This document shows, in pieces, positions 18,072 through 26,966 of a DNA stretch of 64,000 nt (positions are counted from its first letter, which is position 1; each line of letters begins with the position of its first letter). The DNA is from an uncultured Gemmatimonadota bacterium (GTDB lineage: Bacteria; SM23-81; DAOVCL01). Both the position numbers and the translations under genes were made by a program. The stretch is from NCBI GenBank assembly GCA_964626665.1, contig CAZVGK010000003.1, positions 32,001-96,000 of the forward strand, given 5' to 3'. The notes under the pieces are model-generated. The model had not been told where the DNA came from. It saw nothing but the letters and a program-made list of their open reading frames with translations, and did not search any database.

Positions 18072-19607
18072 TCATGGATTTTTCCTCAATCCTGACAACT
18101 GATCCCCGTCAACTGTTAACCTGCTTTTCAGGGGAAGCCTAATGGTGAACTTCGCCCCTTGGCTTGGCTTGCTTTCTACCCCTACCATACCCCCATGCTC
18201 CTGGATAATCCTGTAGGAGATGGCCAAGCCCAGGCCTGTTCCCATCGATTTTGTGGTAAAAAAGGGGTCAAAGAGTTTGGCCTTTACCTCCGGTGACATC
18301 CCCACTCCGGTGTCCTCTATGATTATCGACACCCAGGTCTCTCCCTCCCGTTTGGCGCTGAGGGTGAGGTCCCCTCCCTGGGGCATAGCCTGCACTGCAT
18401 TGAGAATGAGGTTTAAAAATACCTGATAGATTTGATTGGGGTCGAGAAGCAACATCGGTATATCCGGGGCATAATCCTTCTTTATCTTTACCTCCTTTTC
18501 CTCGATGCTCTTCTCCTGCATAGATAGTACCCTCTCCAAAATCTTGGTGACATCGTAGGGCATAAACTGCGGTTTCTGTGGCCGGGCAAAGATAAAAAGC
18601 TCCTGGAGCAAGGAGTTGGTGCGGTTTATCTCCTTTATTATCTTCTCCAAGTACTCACACTTGGGGTCTTGGGGGTCAAATTCGGCCTTAAGAGCCTGGG
18701 CGGTGGTCTTGATCCCAGCCAGGGGATTTCTGATCTCATGGGCAATGCCTGCGGTCAACTCACCTAAGGAGGCTAACCTGTCTTTATACCTCATATTTTC
18801 CCTCATCTTCTTTATCTCCGTGAGGTCCCTGAAGACGACTATTGCCCCGACCATCTCTCCCTTAACATTCCTCCGAGGAGAGGTGGAATAGCCAATCAAA
18901 ACCGTATCCCCTCCCCTCTTAATCAACTCCACCTCTTGGTCTATCCTCACCACTTCCCCACTGATGTCATCCCAGTTTAGTATCCTCTTCCCCCCTTCCC
19001 CCTTCAAATCCTCCAAGGCTATCCCCTCCACATCCTGGGATTTATAGCCGAGTATCCTTTCGGCGGCCTGATTTATAGAGGTTATCTTCCCCTCCAAATC
19101 CACAATGATCAATCCCGACCCCATACTCTGCAGGACAGTATAACTGGAATCTTCCCCTTCAAGGGATTTCTGAGAAAGGCCCTGGAGCCGAGACTGTAGC
19201 TCCCGCAAATCCTTGTTCTTCTTGGTCAACTTCTCCAAAAGGATCTTCCCCTCCGAGAGCAGCCTCTTTCTCTCCAGTCCGTTCTCCACCCCTTGGAGGA
19301 GATCCCCTCGGTGGGGCGGCCATTTAAGGGCCAGATAGGCACCAAACGCCCTGGCCTTAATCAGATCCTTTTCCTGGGGGCTATCAATGATGGCAATCAG
19401 GGTCAAATCCTTAGATAGGTCCCTTATCCTTTGCCAAGGGGAGCCCCGGGGGACCTTGTAGATAATCAGATCAATCCCCTTGACTAAGGAGGGAGCGGCC
19501 TGCTCTAACTGGGAAGCGGAGAAAACCTGATATCCAGCCTGGGTTAAGAGCCCCTCCCAATCCGCCCTTACCTCAGGTTCGGAGGCCAAAATAAGCAACT
19601 TAGCCAA
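18072..19607 (-). CDS. PAS sensor histidine kinase with N-terminal degenerate receiver
   Basis: AHEIRNPL H-box, NLILNA, DTGVG, FDPFFTTK, GTGLGL; PAS (INQAAERILGY). Confidence 0.92.
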   Translation of the reverse strand: MAKLLILASEPEVRADWEGLLTQAGYQVFSASQLEQAAPSLVKGIDLIIYKVPRGSPWQRIRDLSKDLTLIAIIDSPQEKDLIKARAFGAYLALKWPPHRGDLLQGVENGLERKRLLSEGKILLEKLTKKNKDLRELQSRLQGLSQKSLEGEDSSYTVLQSMGSGLIIVDLEGKITSINQAAERILGYKSQDVEGIALEDLKGEGGKRILNWDDISGEVVRIDQEVELIKRGGDTVLIGYSTSPRRNVKGEMVGAIVVFRDLTEIKKMRENMRYKDRLASLGELTAGIAHEIRNPLAGIKTTAQALKAEFDPQDPKCEYLEKIIKEINRTNSLLQELFIFARPQKPQFMPYDVTKILERVLSMQEKSIEEKEVKIKKDYAPDIPMLLLDPNQIYQVFLNLILNAVQAMPQGGDLTLSAKREGETWVSIIIEDTGVGMSPEVKAKLFDPFFTTKSMGTGLGLAISYRIIQEHGGMVGVESKPSQGAKFTIRLPLKSRLTVDGDQLSGLRKNP

Positions 19608-19608
19608 A

Positions 19609-19818
19609 TTACCTCCCTACTGAGGAGAGAAACTTGATCAAGATAATTACCAGGAGAAAAAGAAGGATAAGCCAGATAAGAGTCCTGCTCCCCCCTGAAG
19701 GCAGCTTGGAATACCTTTTGTATCTCCTCAGATTGATCCTGTGCTCTCTCTCCCCCGCGCTTTTCCTCTTCAGATGAAATTCCCTATGTTTTTGCAATTT
19801 AATCATTTTTACAAACAA
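19609..19818 (-). CDS. small basic protein with C-terminal TM helix (start uncertain)
   Basis: basic N-terminus and hydrophobic tail; stop abuts the kinase start. Confidence 0.4.
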   Translation of the reverse strand: MFVKMIKLQKHREFHLKRKSAGEREHRINLRRYKRYSKLPSGGSRTLIWLILLFLLVIILIKFLSSVGR

Positions 19819-19930
19819 TTCTCCACGGAGTTACACGGATAACATTTTTTCACCCAATTTTTCGCAAAGCAAAACATCTATTTCTACTCTCTTTTTCCGT
19901 GTTGGTCCGTGGTGATTATTACCGAGCTTC

Positions 19931-20572
19931 TTAGCCGATAAAGGCCGTGGGGTCAATCCCAGAAAATAACCAGCCTAAATACTTGACAAAAGGTCCAATG
20001 ATAAACCAGAGAAGGGGAAAATTGAAGACCCTGCCCAAGAAGATCAAGCCTATCAAGACGATAAAACCATACCTCTGAAAAGCCGCAAATTTCACCTCCT
20101 CTCTCTGAGGAAGAAGACCCATTAAGATCTTGGAGCCATCCAAAGGGGGGATAGGGATGAGGTTAAAGAAGGCCAGGGCCAGGTTGATAAAGAGGCCAAA
20201 GAGAATCATCTCAAAGCCAACGCCGTGATACCCAAAGCCCAGATAAGCCATCAATCTCAGCAGGATGCCGCAGCCCAGTCCGCCCAATATGTTCGCCCCT
20301 GGCCCGGCCAGGGAGATCCAGATCATATCCCTTTTTGGATTCTTTAGGTAAAAGGGATTGATGGGCACCGGCTTGGCCCACCCTATATAGACCAGGAAGA
20401 TCATCAGGGTCCCAATTGGGTCCAAATGACGAAGGGGGTTTAGGCTCAACCTCCCCGCATACCGGGGGGTGGGATCTCCCAACCGATCGGCCACCCAAGC
20501 ATGAGCATACTCATGGATGGTGAGGGCAAAGAGAATGGGAGGAGCGATGAGAAATAATATTTCAGGTCTCAT
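19931..20572 (-). CDS. site-2 protease (M50)
   Basis: HEYAH, AGPGAN, FNLIPIPPLDG. Confidence 0.93.
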   Translation of the reverse strand: MRPEILFLIAPPILFALTIHEYAHAWVADRLGDPTPRYAGRLSLNPLRHLDPIGTLMIFLVYIGWAKPVPINPFYLKNPKRDMIWISLAGPGANILGGLGCGILLRLMAYLGFGYHGVGFEMILFGLFINLALAFFNLIPIPPLDGSKILMGLLPQREEVKFAAFQRYGFIVLIGLIFLGRVFNFPLLWFIIGPFVKYLGWLFSGIDPTAFIG

Positions 20573-21830
20573 CTTCCCTCCAGATGTTATGGGCCATCCT
20601 CAGCTCATCCTTCTTCGTTCTTACCTCCCCATCTAGCTTGGCCTCAAATACCCTATCCAATATCCTCCTGTAAATGGGCCCAGGGGGAATCCCCATCCCC
20701 TTCAGATCATCGCCGGAAAGCGAGAGTTTAACCTTCGACAGTTCTTGCTGCATAATTTGGACAAAACCCGCAAGCTCCTGACTTTCCCTTTGGGCCAGAA
20801 GGAAGGCCAAGGCCTCAGGCCTTAAACCCTCCAGGGCCCTGTATATCTGAGAGGGAAGAGGGTGGGCAAGGGCAATGAGTTTATCTATCCTCTCCCCCTT
20901 CACCCAGACATCCTCGATGATAATGGAGGTCCTCTTAGGCAGATAGAGGCTCTGGGCGAATCTCAGGGCAGAATCCAGCTCCAACCCCCAGACCAGGGCC
21001 AGGAGATAGACCATCCATTTCTCGGCTATCGGGAAACCAAACCGGGAAATACTCGGCTCTATCCTGTTAAAAAGCTGAGTATCAATCTTTATCTCCCGGT
21101 TAAAAAAGGCCAAGATGCCAAATTCTTCAAGCCTTTTGATGGCCTTGCTAGGCTCCTTTTCCCGCAATATCAGGATCAACTCGTCGCCTATCCTTTGCCC
21201 GGAGACCCTGCCTAACATTCCGGCATCCACTGTCTCCTTAAGAAGTGTCTCCGTCTCCGGCTCTATAGTGAAGTCATACCTCTGTTCAAACCTCACCCCC
21301 CGAATTATCCTCGTGGGATCATCGGAGAAACTGCCCTTATGGAGGACCCTGATTACCTTCTTCTTTAAGTCCTCCCTCCCCCCATAGGGGTCAAACAACC
21401 TTCCAAATCTATCCGAGTTGAGGCAGAGGGCCAGGCTGTTGATGGTAAAATCCCGGCGATAGAGATCAGCCTTTAGATTCCCCTGGCTCACCTGAGGGAG
21501 GGCTCCCGGCCGTTCATAGCTCTCTCTGCGAGCTGAGGCCATATCCAGCTTTATCCCTGGCCAAAGCACCAGCAGGGCAGTGCCAAACCGATCGTATCTC
21601 TTGATCTTCCCTCCCATTTTGGCGGCCAACCACCGAGCCAACTCTATCCCATCTCCCTCCACCACCAGATCCAGGTCGATGTTCTTCATCCCTAAGAGAA
21701 GATCCCTCACCGCCCCACCCACCAGGTAGACCCCCATCCCTAACCTATCTCCCTCCCTCCCAATTCTTTGCAAACAGTCAAAGATCTTACCCGGCAGCTC
21801 CCGGGCCATTAGCGCGGAGAAAGAGCTCAT
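20562..21830 (-). CDS. class II tRNA nucleotidyltransferase (A-adding-like, no CBS/DHH domains)
   Basis: VGGAVRDLLL..DLD, LYRRDFTIN, DDPTRIIR; ATG 21830 overlaps the xerD stop. Confidence 0.85.
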   Translation of the reverse strand: MSSFSALMARELPGKIFDCLQRIGREGDRLGMGVYLVGGAVRDLLLGMKNIDLDLVVEGDGIELARWLAAKMGGKIKRYDRFGTALLVLWPGIKLDMASARRESYERPGALPQVSQGNLKADLYRRDFTINSLALCLNSDRFGRLFDPYGGREDLKKKVIRVLHKGSFSDDPTRIIRGVRFEQRYDFTIEPETETLLKETVDAGMLGRVSGQRIGDELILILREKEPSKAIKRLEEFGILAFFNREIKIDTQLFNRIEPSISRFGFPIAEKWMVYLLALVWGLELDSALRFAQSLYLPKRTSIIIEDVWVKGERIDKLIALAHPLPSQIYRALEGLRPEALAFLLAQRESQELAGFVQIMQQELSKVKLSLSGDDLKGMGIPPGPIYRRILDRVFEAKLDGEVRTKKDELRMAHNIWREDET

Positions 21831-22735
21831 CCCCGGGGATGGAAGGTGCGATGCACCTCTAAGAGATAATGAGTGTCCAAGTGGGTGTAGATCTGGGTGG
21901 TGGATATGTCCGCATGACCCAACATCTCCTGCACCGCCCGCAGGTCTGCCCCACCCTCCAAGAGATGGGTGGCAAATGAGTGTCTCAGGGTGTGGGGGCT
22001 TACCTTCTTCCCTATCCCCACCTTTTTCACATATCCCTTGAGGATCTTCCACACCCCCATCCGGGAAAGACGCCCTCCCCGGCGGTTCAAAAAGAGATAA
22101 TCACCTGATGAACCCTTGGCCAATAGGGGACGGGCACTTTGCAGGTACTCCTCTAAGGCCTCCTCTGCCTTCCTCCCTATGGGCACTAACCTCTCCTTTG
22201 ACCCCTTTCCCCATATCCTTACCAGATCAATCTCCAAAAAGAGATTTGACAGCTTTAGATTCACTAACTCCGACACCCGCACCCCCGTAGCATAGAGGAA
22301 CTCCAAGAGGGCCTTATCCCTTAAACCAAAGGGAAGGGAATCATCTGGCCCTGCCAAGAGCCTCTCCACCTCATCCTGGGAGAGCACCACAGGAAGTTTC
22401 CTCCCCAGCTTCGGGGAGCTAAGCCACTCCATTGGATTGACCTGACAGAGGCCCTCCCGCATCAGGAAGCGATAGAAGACCTTAAGGCAGGAGAAGTTAC
22501 GTGCTATGCTGGAGGGTTGTAAGCCACATTCCCGCAGGGTCATCAGGTATTCCGCCACCTTGCTTTGATCTGCCTCCCGGGGAGAGGTCATCCCCTTCAG
22601 CTCAAGAAAACCTAAAAAACGATTTAGGTCACGGGAATAGGCCTCTAAAGTATTGGCGGCCAACCCCCTCTCTACAGAGAGGTAGTGAAGGTAGCCATCA
22701 ACCTCCCCTTCAACTATTGGAGAAACGGATTCCAT
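21827..22735 (-). CDS. xerD: site-specific tyrosine recombinase XerD
   Basis: ERGLAANTLEAYSRDL, LYATGVRVSEL, HTLRHSFATHLL, LGHADISTTQIYTH, FHPR. Confidence 0.92.
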   Translation of the reverse strand: MESVSPIVEGEVDGYLHYLSVERGLAANTLEAYSRDLNRFLGFLELKGMTSPREADQSKVAEYLMTLRECGLQPSSIARNFSCLKVFYRFLMREGLCQVNPMEWLSSPKLGRKLPVVLSQDEVERLLAGPDDSLPFGLRDKALLEFLYATGVRVSELVNLKLSNLFLEIDLVRIWGKGSKERLVPIGRKAEEALEEYLQSARPLLAKGSSGDYLFLNRRGGRLSRMGVWKILKGYVKKVGIGKKVSPHTLRHSFATHLLEGGADLRAVQEMLGHADISTTQIYTHLDTHYLLEVHRTFHPRG

Positions 22736-23331
22736 CTCCTCTCCTCTCCTATGGTGGTGGATGGGCCATGACCTGGGTAGACAGTAACCTCATCATCCAA
22801 GGTAAGAAGTTCCTCCCGGATAGATTTGAGGAGGACCTCCCAGGAGGCGCCGGGAAGGTCTGTCCTCCCCACAGAACCGGCAAAAAGGGTATCTCCGGAG
22901 AAGAGCCAATGCTCCCCGAGGAGACTTATCCCCCCGGGGGAATGGCCTGGGGTATGGATCACCCTCCAAACCATTCCCGCCAGCTCGATCTTCTCCCCTC
23001 CCTCCAGGAGCCTATCTGCCAGGGGGGAGATCACCTCCTGGCCCCAAAGAAGGGAGAGGTTTTTCTCGGGGTGGACAAGCATTGAGGCATCATCCCTGTG
23101 GATCAAAAGGGGAGCCCCCGTGCTCTCCTTGATCTTCCCGTTAGCCCCTATGTGATCGCTATGGCCGTGGGTGTTGATAATATACTTGATTGTCAAACCC
23201 TCTGCCTGTGAAAGTATCCGCTCAGGTTCTGCCCCAGGATCGATGATCATTGATTTCTCTCCACCCTCGGGGGTGACAAGATAACAGTTTGTCTCCCATT
23301 GGCCGACTTTTAAGGTGATTACCTCTATCAT
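22714..23331 (-). CDS. MBL-fold metallo-hydrolase (glyoxalase II-like)
   Basis: THGHSDHIG, TPGHSPG, GDTLF, PGHG. Confidence 0.92.
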   Translation of the reverse strand: MIEVITLKVGQWETNCYLVTPEGGEKSMIIDPGAEPERILSQAEGLTIKYIINTHGHSDHIGANGKIKESTGAPLLIHRDDASMLVHPEKNLSLLWGQEVISPLADRLLEGGEKIELAGMVWRVIHTPGHSPGGISLLGEHWLFSGDTLFAGSVGRTDLPGASWEVLLKSIREELLTLDDEVTVYPGHGPSTTIGEERRWNPFLQ

Positions 23332-23870
23332 TGGATCTCATCCAACTTCAGACTCAACTGCACACCCTCAAGCTCTAAGAGCCTCCTCTTCAATTTCAGA
23401 CCTCCGCTGAAGCCGCCCAATTTACCGTTTTTCCGCACCACTCGATGGCAGGGGATAAGAATAGGAAGGGGATTTAAGGCTAATGCCCTGCCCACCGCGC
23501 GGGCTGCCTTTGGATGCCCTATCTCTTCAGCCAGCCAACTGTAGCTTTTCACCTCTCCATAGGGAATAGTTGCCGTCTGTTGCCAAACCGTTCTCTGAAA
23601 TGGGGTTGAGCCCCGCAGATCGAGCGGTTCAGGGAAGGAGATCTTTCTTCCCTCAAGGTAATTCCTTAATCTTCCATTAAATTCGGAAAAGTTCCCGTCA
23701 TCCCGCACCAGATCAACCTTCCTCTGGAAAAGGGATGATTGGAGGAGGGCATTAATATCGATCTTGTTCAGGCTTAGATAACAGAGGCCCTCCTGGGTGG
23801 CGGCTACGAACATCTCCCCCCAGGGGGTATTGAGGAGAGAGTATTTGATTTTAAGGTAACGGTTCACCAC
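23328..23870 (-). CDS. ogt: methylated-DNA-protein-cysteine methyltransferase
   Basis: IPYGE, ARAVG, IPCHRV. Confidence 0.92.
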   Translation of the reverse strand: MVNRYLKIKYSLLNTPWGEMFVAATQEGLCYLSLNKIDINALLQSSLFQRKVDLVRDDGNFSEFNGRLRNYLEGRKISFPEPLDLRGSTPFQRTVWQQTATIPYGEVKSYSWLAEEIGHPKAARAVGRALALNPLPILIPCHRVVRKNGKLGGFSGGLKLKRRLLELEGVQLSLKLDEIQ

Positions 23871-24007
23871 CGAATCTCATGGGAAAAGGCAATTAAGAAT
23901 TTAGAATTAAGAATTAAAAATGTGGGAAACATGGAAATTCCTCAGCCCTCGCTCTTTGTGGATGTCATCATCCACTGAAAGATTTGGATCAGCTATCTGA
24001 TCAACCT

Positions 24008-24097
24008 TGTGGGAAAGGTCTCCTGACCTTTCAAGAGCTATCAGGAGGTAACTCCTGACAGCACACTTTTGATCGGCATCAGGAGATGCCTCCCACA
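24008..24097. repeat. composite GTGG REP-like element
   Basis: TGTGGGAAAGGTCTCCTGACCTTTC...CATCAGGAGATGCCTCCCACA; related copy at 2158-2257, partial copy at 26146. Confidence 0.75.
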
Positions 24098-24121
24098 ATA
24101 AAACTTAGCTTCCTCCAGTCG

Positions 24122-25969
24122 CTAACTCATCTTCTTTTTCTGATCCCTGTTCCCCGTGAACCGTTTTGGGGGATGAAAGTAGTTAAAGACATTCCGCGCA
24201 GTGCTTCTGTTCATCCTCTCAATCCTCTCCAGTTCCGCAAGCCCTGCCTTCCTCACCTCCTCTAAGGAGCCAAACGCCCTGAGGAGGGTTTCCTCCCTCC
24301 TCTGGCCAATCCCCTTTATCTGCCCCAACTCTGATCTTATCGTTCTCTTCTTCCTCAAAAGCCGATGGTAGAAGATGGCAAGCCTGTGGGCTTCATCCCT
24401 CACCCTCTGAATAAGCCTCAACGCCGGTGAATCCTTAGGAAGCATAATGGAGTCGGATCTGCCGGGGAGGAAGACCTCATCCAATCTCTTGGCCAAGCCT
24501 ATCACCGGCTGATCCTTCACCCCCAGATCCCTCAAAGCTTTCCTCGCTGCCGAGAGCTGCCCCTTGCCACCATCTACCAGGATAAGATCTGGAAGGTCTG
24601 CCTTCTCCTGCAAGACCCTCTTATATCTCCTCCCAATCACCTCTGCCATCATAGCGTAGTCATCTTGCCCGAAGACCGTCCTTATTTTGAACCTCCGATA
24701 GGAGGCCTTGCGCGGGGACCCATTTACAAAGGAGACCATCGATCCCACACTATCCGATCCCCTGATATTAGAAATATCAAAGGCCTCTATCCTCCGGGGG
24801 GCTACCCTGAGATGGAGATGGCCCTGCAAGGCTAAAATCCCAGGGGATAGCCTCTCCCTGGCCCTTTCCTGCAGCAGCTCCTGCAGGAGGAGCTGGGCAT
24901 TTTCCTCGGCCATACCCACCAACTTGGCCTTCTTTCCCCTCTGGGGGATAACCAGGTCAACCTTCCTTCCCCTTCTCCTCGACAGCCAATTGGCTATCAA
25001 TTCCCCCTCCTCTACCTCTTGGGGGAGGAAGATCTCCCGGGGAATATCAGCGGAGTTCAGGTAGGTTCTCTTTAAAAGTGAACCCAGAAACTCTCCATCC
25101 CCTACCCCAGAGGGGGTGAGGAGGTAGAAGTGTTCTCTTCCCACCATTGCTCCTCCCCTTACCTTCAAGAGAACCGCCGCTGCATCCTTTCCCTGCCGGG
25201 CGTAGGAGACTATATCCCTGTCTACATCCTTTTGGATTACTATCTTCTGAGACTGAGTGACCTTCTTCACGGCGCGCAGTTGGTCCCTGAACTTGGCGGC
25301 CAACTCGAAATCTTGCTTCCTGGCGGCCTCCTCCATTGCCCCCTTCAAATGATCCTCCAGAACCCTGTTTCTTCCGGAGAGGAAAAGGAGAACTCCATCT
25401 ATAATCCGACGATAATCCTCCTCGCTTACCTTCCCCTGACAGACCCCTAAGCAACGTTTAATGTAATAGTTGAGGCAGGGCTTAACCTTAGTTTTGGCCG
25501 GCAGTGACTGGGAGCAGCTCCGCACCGGAAATATCCGCCGCAACATCCTCAGGGTCCACCTCATCGATTTGGCATTGGTATAGGGGCCAAAGTATTTTGC
25601 TCCATCCCTCTTTGCCCTCCGCACCACTATCACCCGGGGAAAGGTTTCTCCGACAGTAACCTTGATCAGAGGATATCGCTTGTCATCCTTTAAATTCACA
25701 TTGTAACGAGGCTTATTCTCCTTGATCAGGTTGGACTCCAAGATAAGGGCCTCTATCTCCGAATCGGTGATGATTAGCTCAAAGTCTTCCACCTTAGAGA
25801 CCATCGCCCTTATCCGCGGGGGAAGCCTGGAGCTATCCTGAAAATAGTAGCGCAACCTCTGAGAAAGGGATTTGGCCTTCCCTATATACAGCGGTTTGCC
25901 CCTACTGTCCCTCATTATGTAAACTCCAGGGCCCTGGGGCAAATTTTGCAACTTCGCTTTTACATCCAT
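24122..25969 (-). CDS. uvrC: excinuclease ABC subunit C
   Basis: GIY-YIG (PGVY..YIGKAK), UVR domain, IEAFDIS, LVDGGKGQ, RDEAHR, HhH; ATG 25969. Confidence 0.95.
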   Translation of the reverse strand: MDVKAKLQNLPQGPGVYIMRDSRGKPLYIGKAKSLSQRLRYYFQDSSRLPPRIRAMVSKVEDFELIITDSEIEALILESNLIKENKPRYNVNLKDDKRYPLIKVTVGETFPRVIVVRRAKRDGAKYFGPYTNAKSMRWTLRMLRRIFPVRSCSQSLPAKTKVKPCLNYYIKRCLGVCQGKVSEEDYRRIIDGVLLFLSGRNRVLEDHLKGAMEEAARKQDFELAAKFRDQLRAVKKVTQSQKIVIQKDVDRDIVSYARQGKDAAAVLLKVRGGAMVGREHFYLLTPSGVGDGEFLGSLLKRTYLNSADIPREIFLPQEVEEGELIANWLSRRRGRKVDLVIPQRGKKAKLVGMAEENAQLLLQELLQERARERLSPGILALQGHLHLRVAPRRIEAFDISNIRGSDSVGSMVSFVNGSPRKASYRRFKIRTVFGQDDYAMMAEVIGRRYKRVLQEKADLPDLILVDGGKGQLSAARKALRDLGVKDQPVIGLAKRLDEVFLPGRSDSIMLPKDSPALRLIQRVRDEAHRLAIFYHRLLRKKRTIRSELGQIKGIGQRREETLLRAFGSLEEVRKAGLAELERIERMNRSTARNVFNYFHPPKRFTGNRDQKKKMS

Positions 25970-25976
25970 CCCATAA

Positions 25977-26005
25977 AAACTAAAGCAAACCAGCCCATTT
26001 GTCAA
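25977..26005 (-). promoter_or_regulatory. sigma70 promoter of uvrC (leaderless geometry)
   Basis: TTGACA-17 bp-TAGTTT, 7 nt before the ATG. Confidence 0.6.
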
Positions 26006-26079
26006 GGGAAAGATTACCCCTGCTGACTGAGCCCCTCAGGGCTACTCAACTTACCATTTCGGAATTACAATTTCTTGAT

Positions 26080-26930
26080 AGGATAGACAGAATGGTCTGG
26101 ATATAAAAGAATCCTGGACCAATTTGCCCGTTTCCCTTCCCCCATTGTGGGAAAGGTCTCCTACATTAGAGGAAGTCATCATGAACTGTAGGGACAGGCC
26201 TTTAGGCCTGTCCAGAATGATAAACCTCCCGCAGATTCAAAATCTGCGGGAGGTTGGTATTAAGCCTTACTTCCAGTGGAAATGTCCCCGGTCATTGCGA
26301 GTCCCGATGAAATTGGGACGAAGCAATTTCATAAATCCCCTCTATGAATTGCTTTGGAATTCTATCTCTCGTAATGACATTCAGGGTGGGGTGGATATGC
26401 ACACTGAGGTAGGCGCTCCACTAATGAATTAAGTAGCCTCTAAGGGCTTCGTCCTGACGCCCCGGGTTTCCCCAACCTCATACCCAGTATTTGGACTCGT
26501 GCCTCACCACCCCACCCTTCCTTTTGTTGGCTCTTCTCCATTTTTATTGATTAGATCTTTCGTAACTTTCAGAGTAATTGGGAGTTGTATAACGAACTAT
26601 TTCGCTTGCAATATCCAAAGATGCAAAATCTGTAGATTGCTAGACAGTTGTTAATTAAAGAATTAGCATTTAATGCATTTTCACTAAATTTTCCGCTCTA
26701 TAACTTTGAAAAACAGTGATTTAGTAAGCTTTGAAGGTCAAAAGCTGACCATTTTCAAATTCTGCATTCTGGGCAACTATCTGTGAATAAATAATCTATG
26801 CCATCAACTAAAATGGAAATGAACCGTCTTATCTTCTCCTCAAAATCCAGAAAATTTCAGAGTCCGAGGCAAGCGGACAGACCTCCCGACAAGCTAAAGG
26901 GAATCGGGACAAGTTCCGGTCTGTCCTTAC
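26080..26930. repeat. intergenic cluster of REP-like palindromes and a possible IR-bounded element (26383-26518)
   Basis: GTAGGGACAGGCC..GGCCTGTCC (26188-26213); CCTCCCGCAGATT..AATCTGCGGGAGG; GTCATTGCGAG..CGAAGCAAT; AGGGTGGGGTGG IR; interrupted REP at 26875-26930. Confidence 0.6.
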
Positions 26931-26966
26931 AGAACACACAAAACTCCCATTAGGGAGATTATTCAA

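Noticed and set aside
21831-22052. N-terminal extension of the tRNA nucleotidyltransferase
   Set aside because: Lies within xerD in another frame; the ATGA overlap at 21827-21830 is the better start
21827-22735. Tyrosine recombinase as the integron or island integrase
   Set aside because: Typical XerD length and motifs, no IntI-specific insertion, embedded in a housekeeping operon
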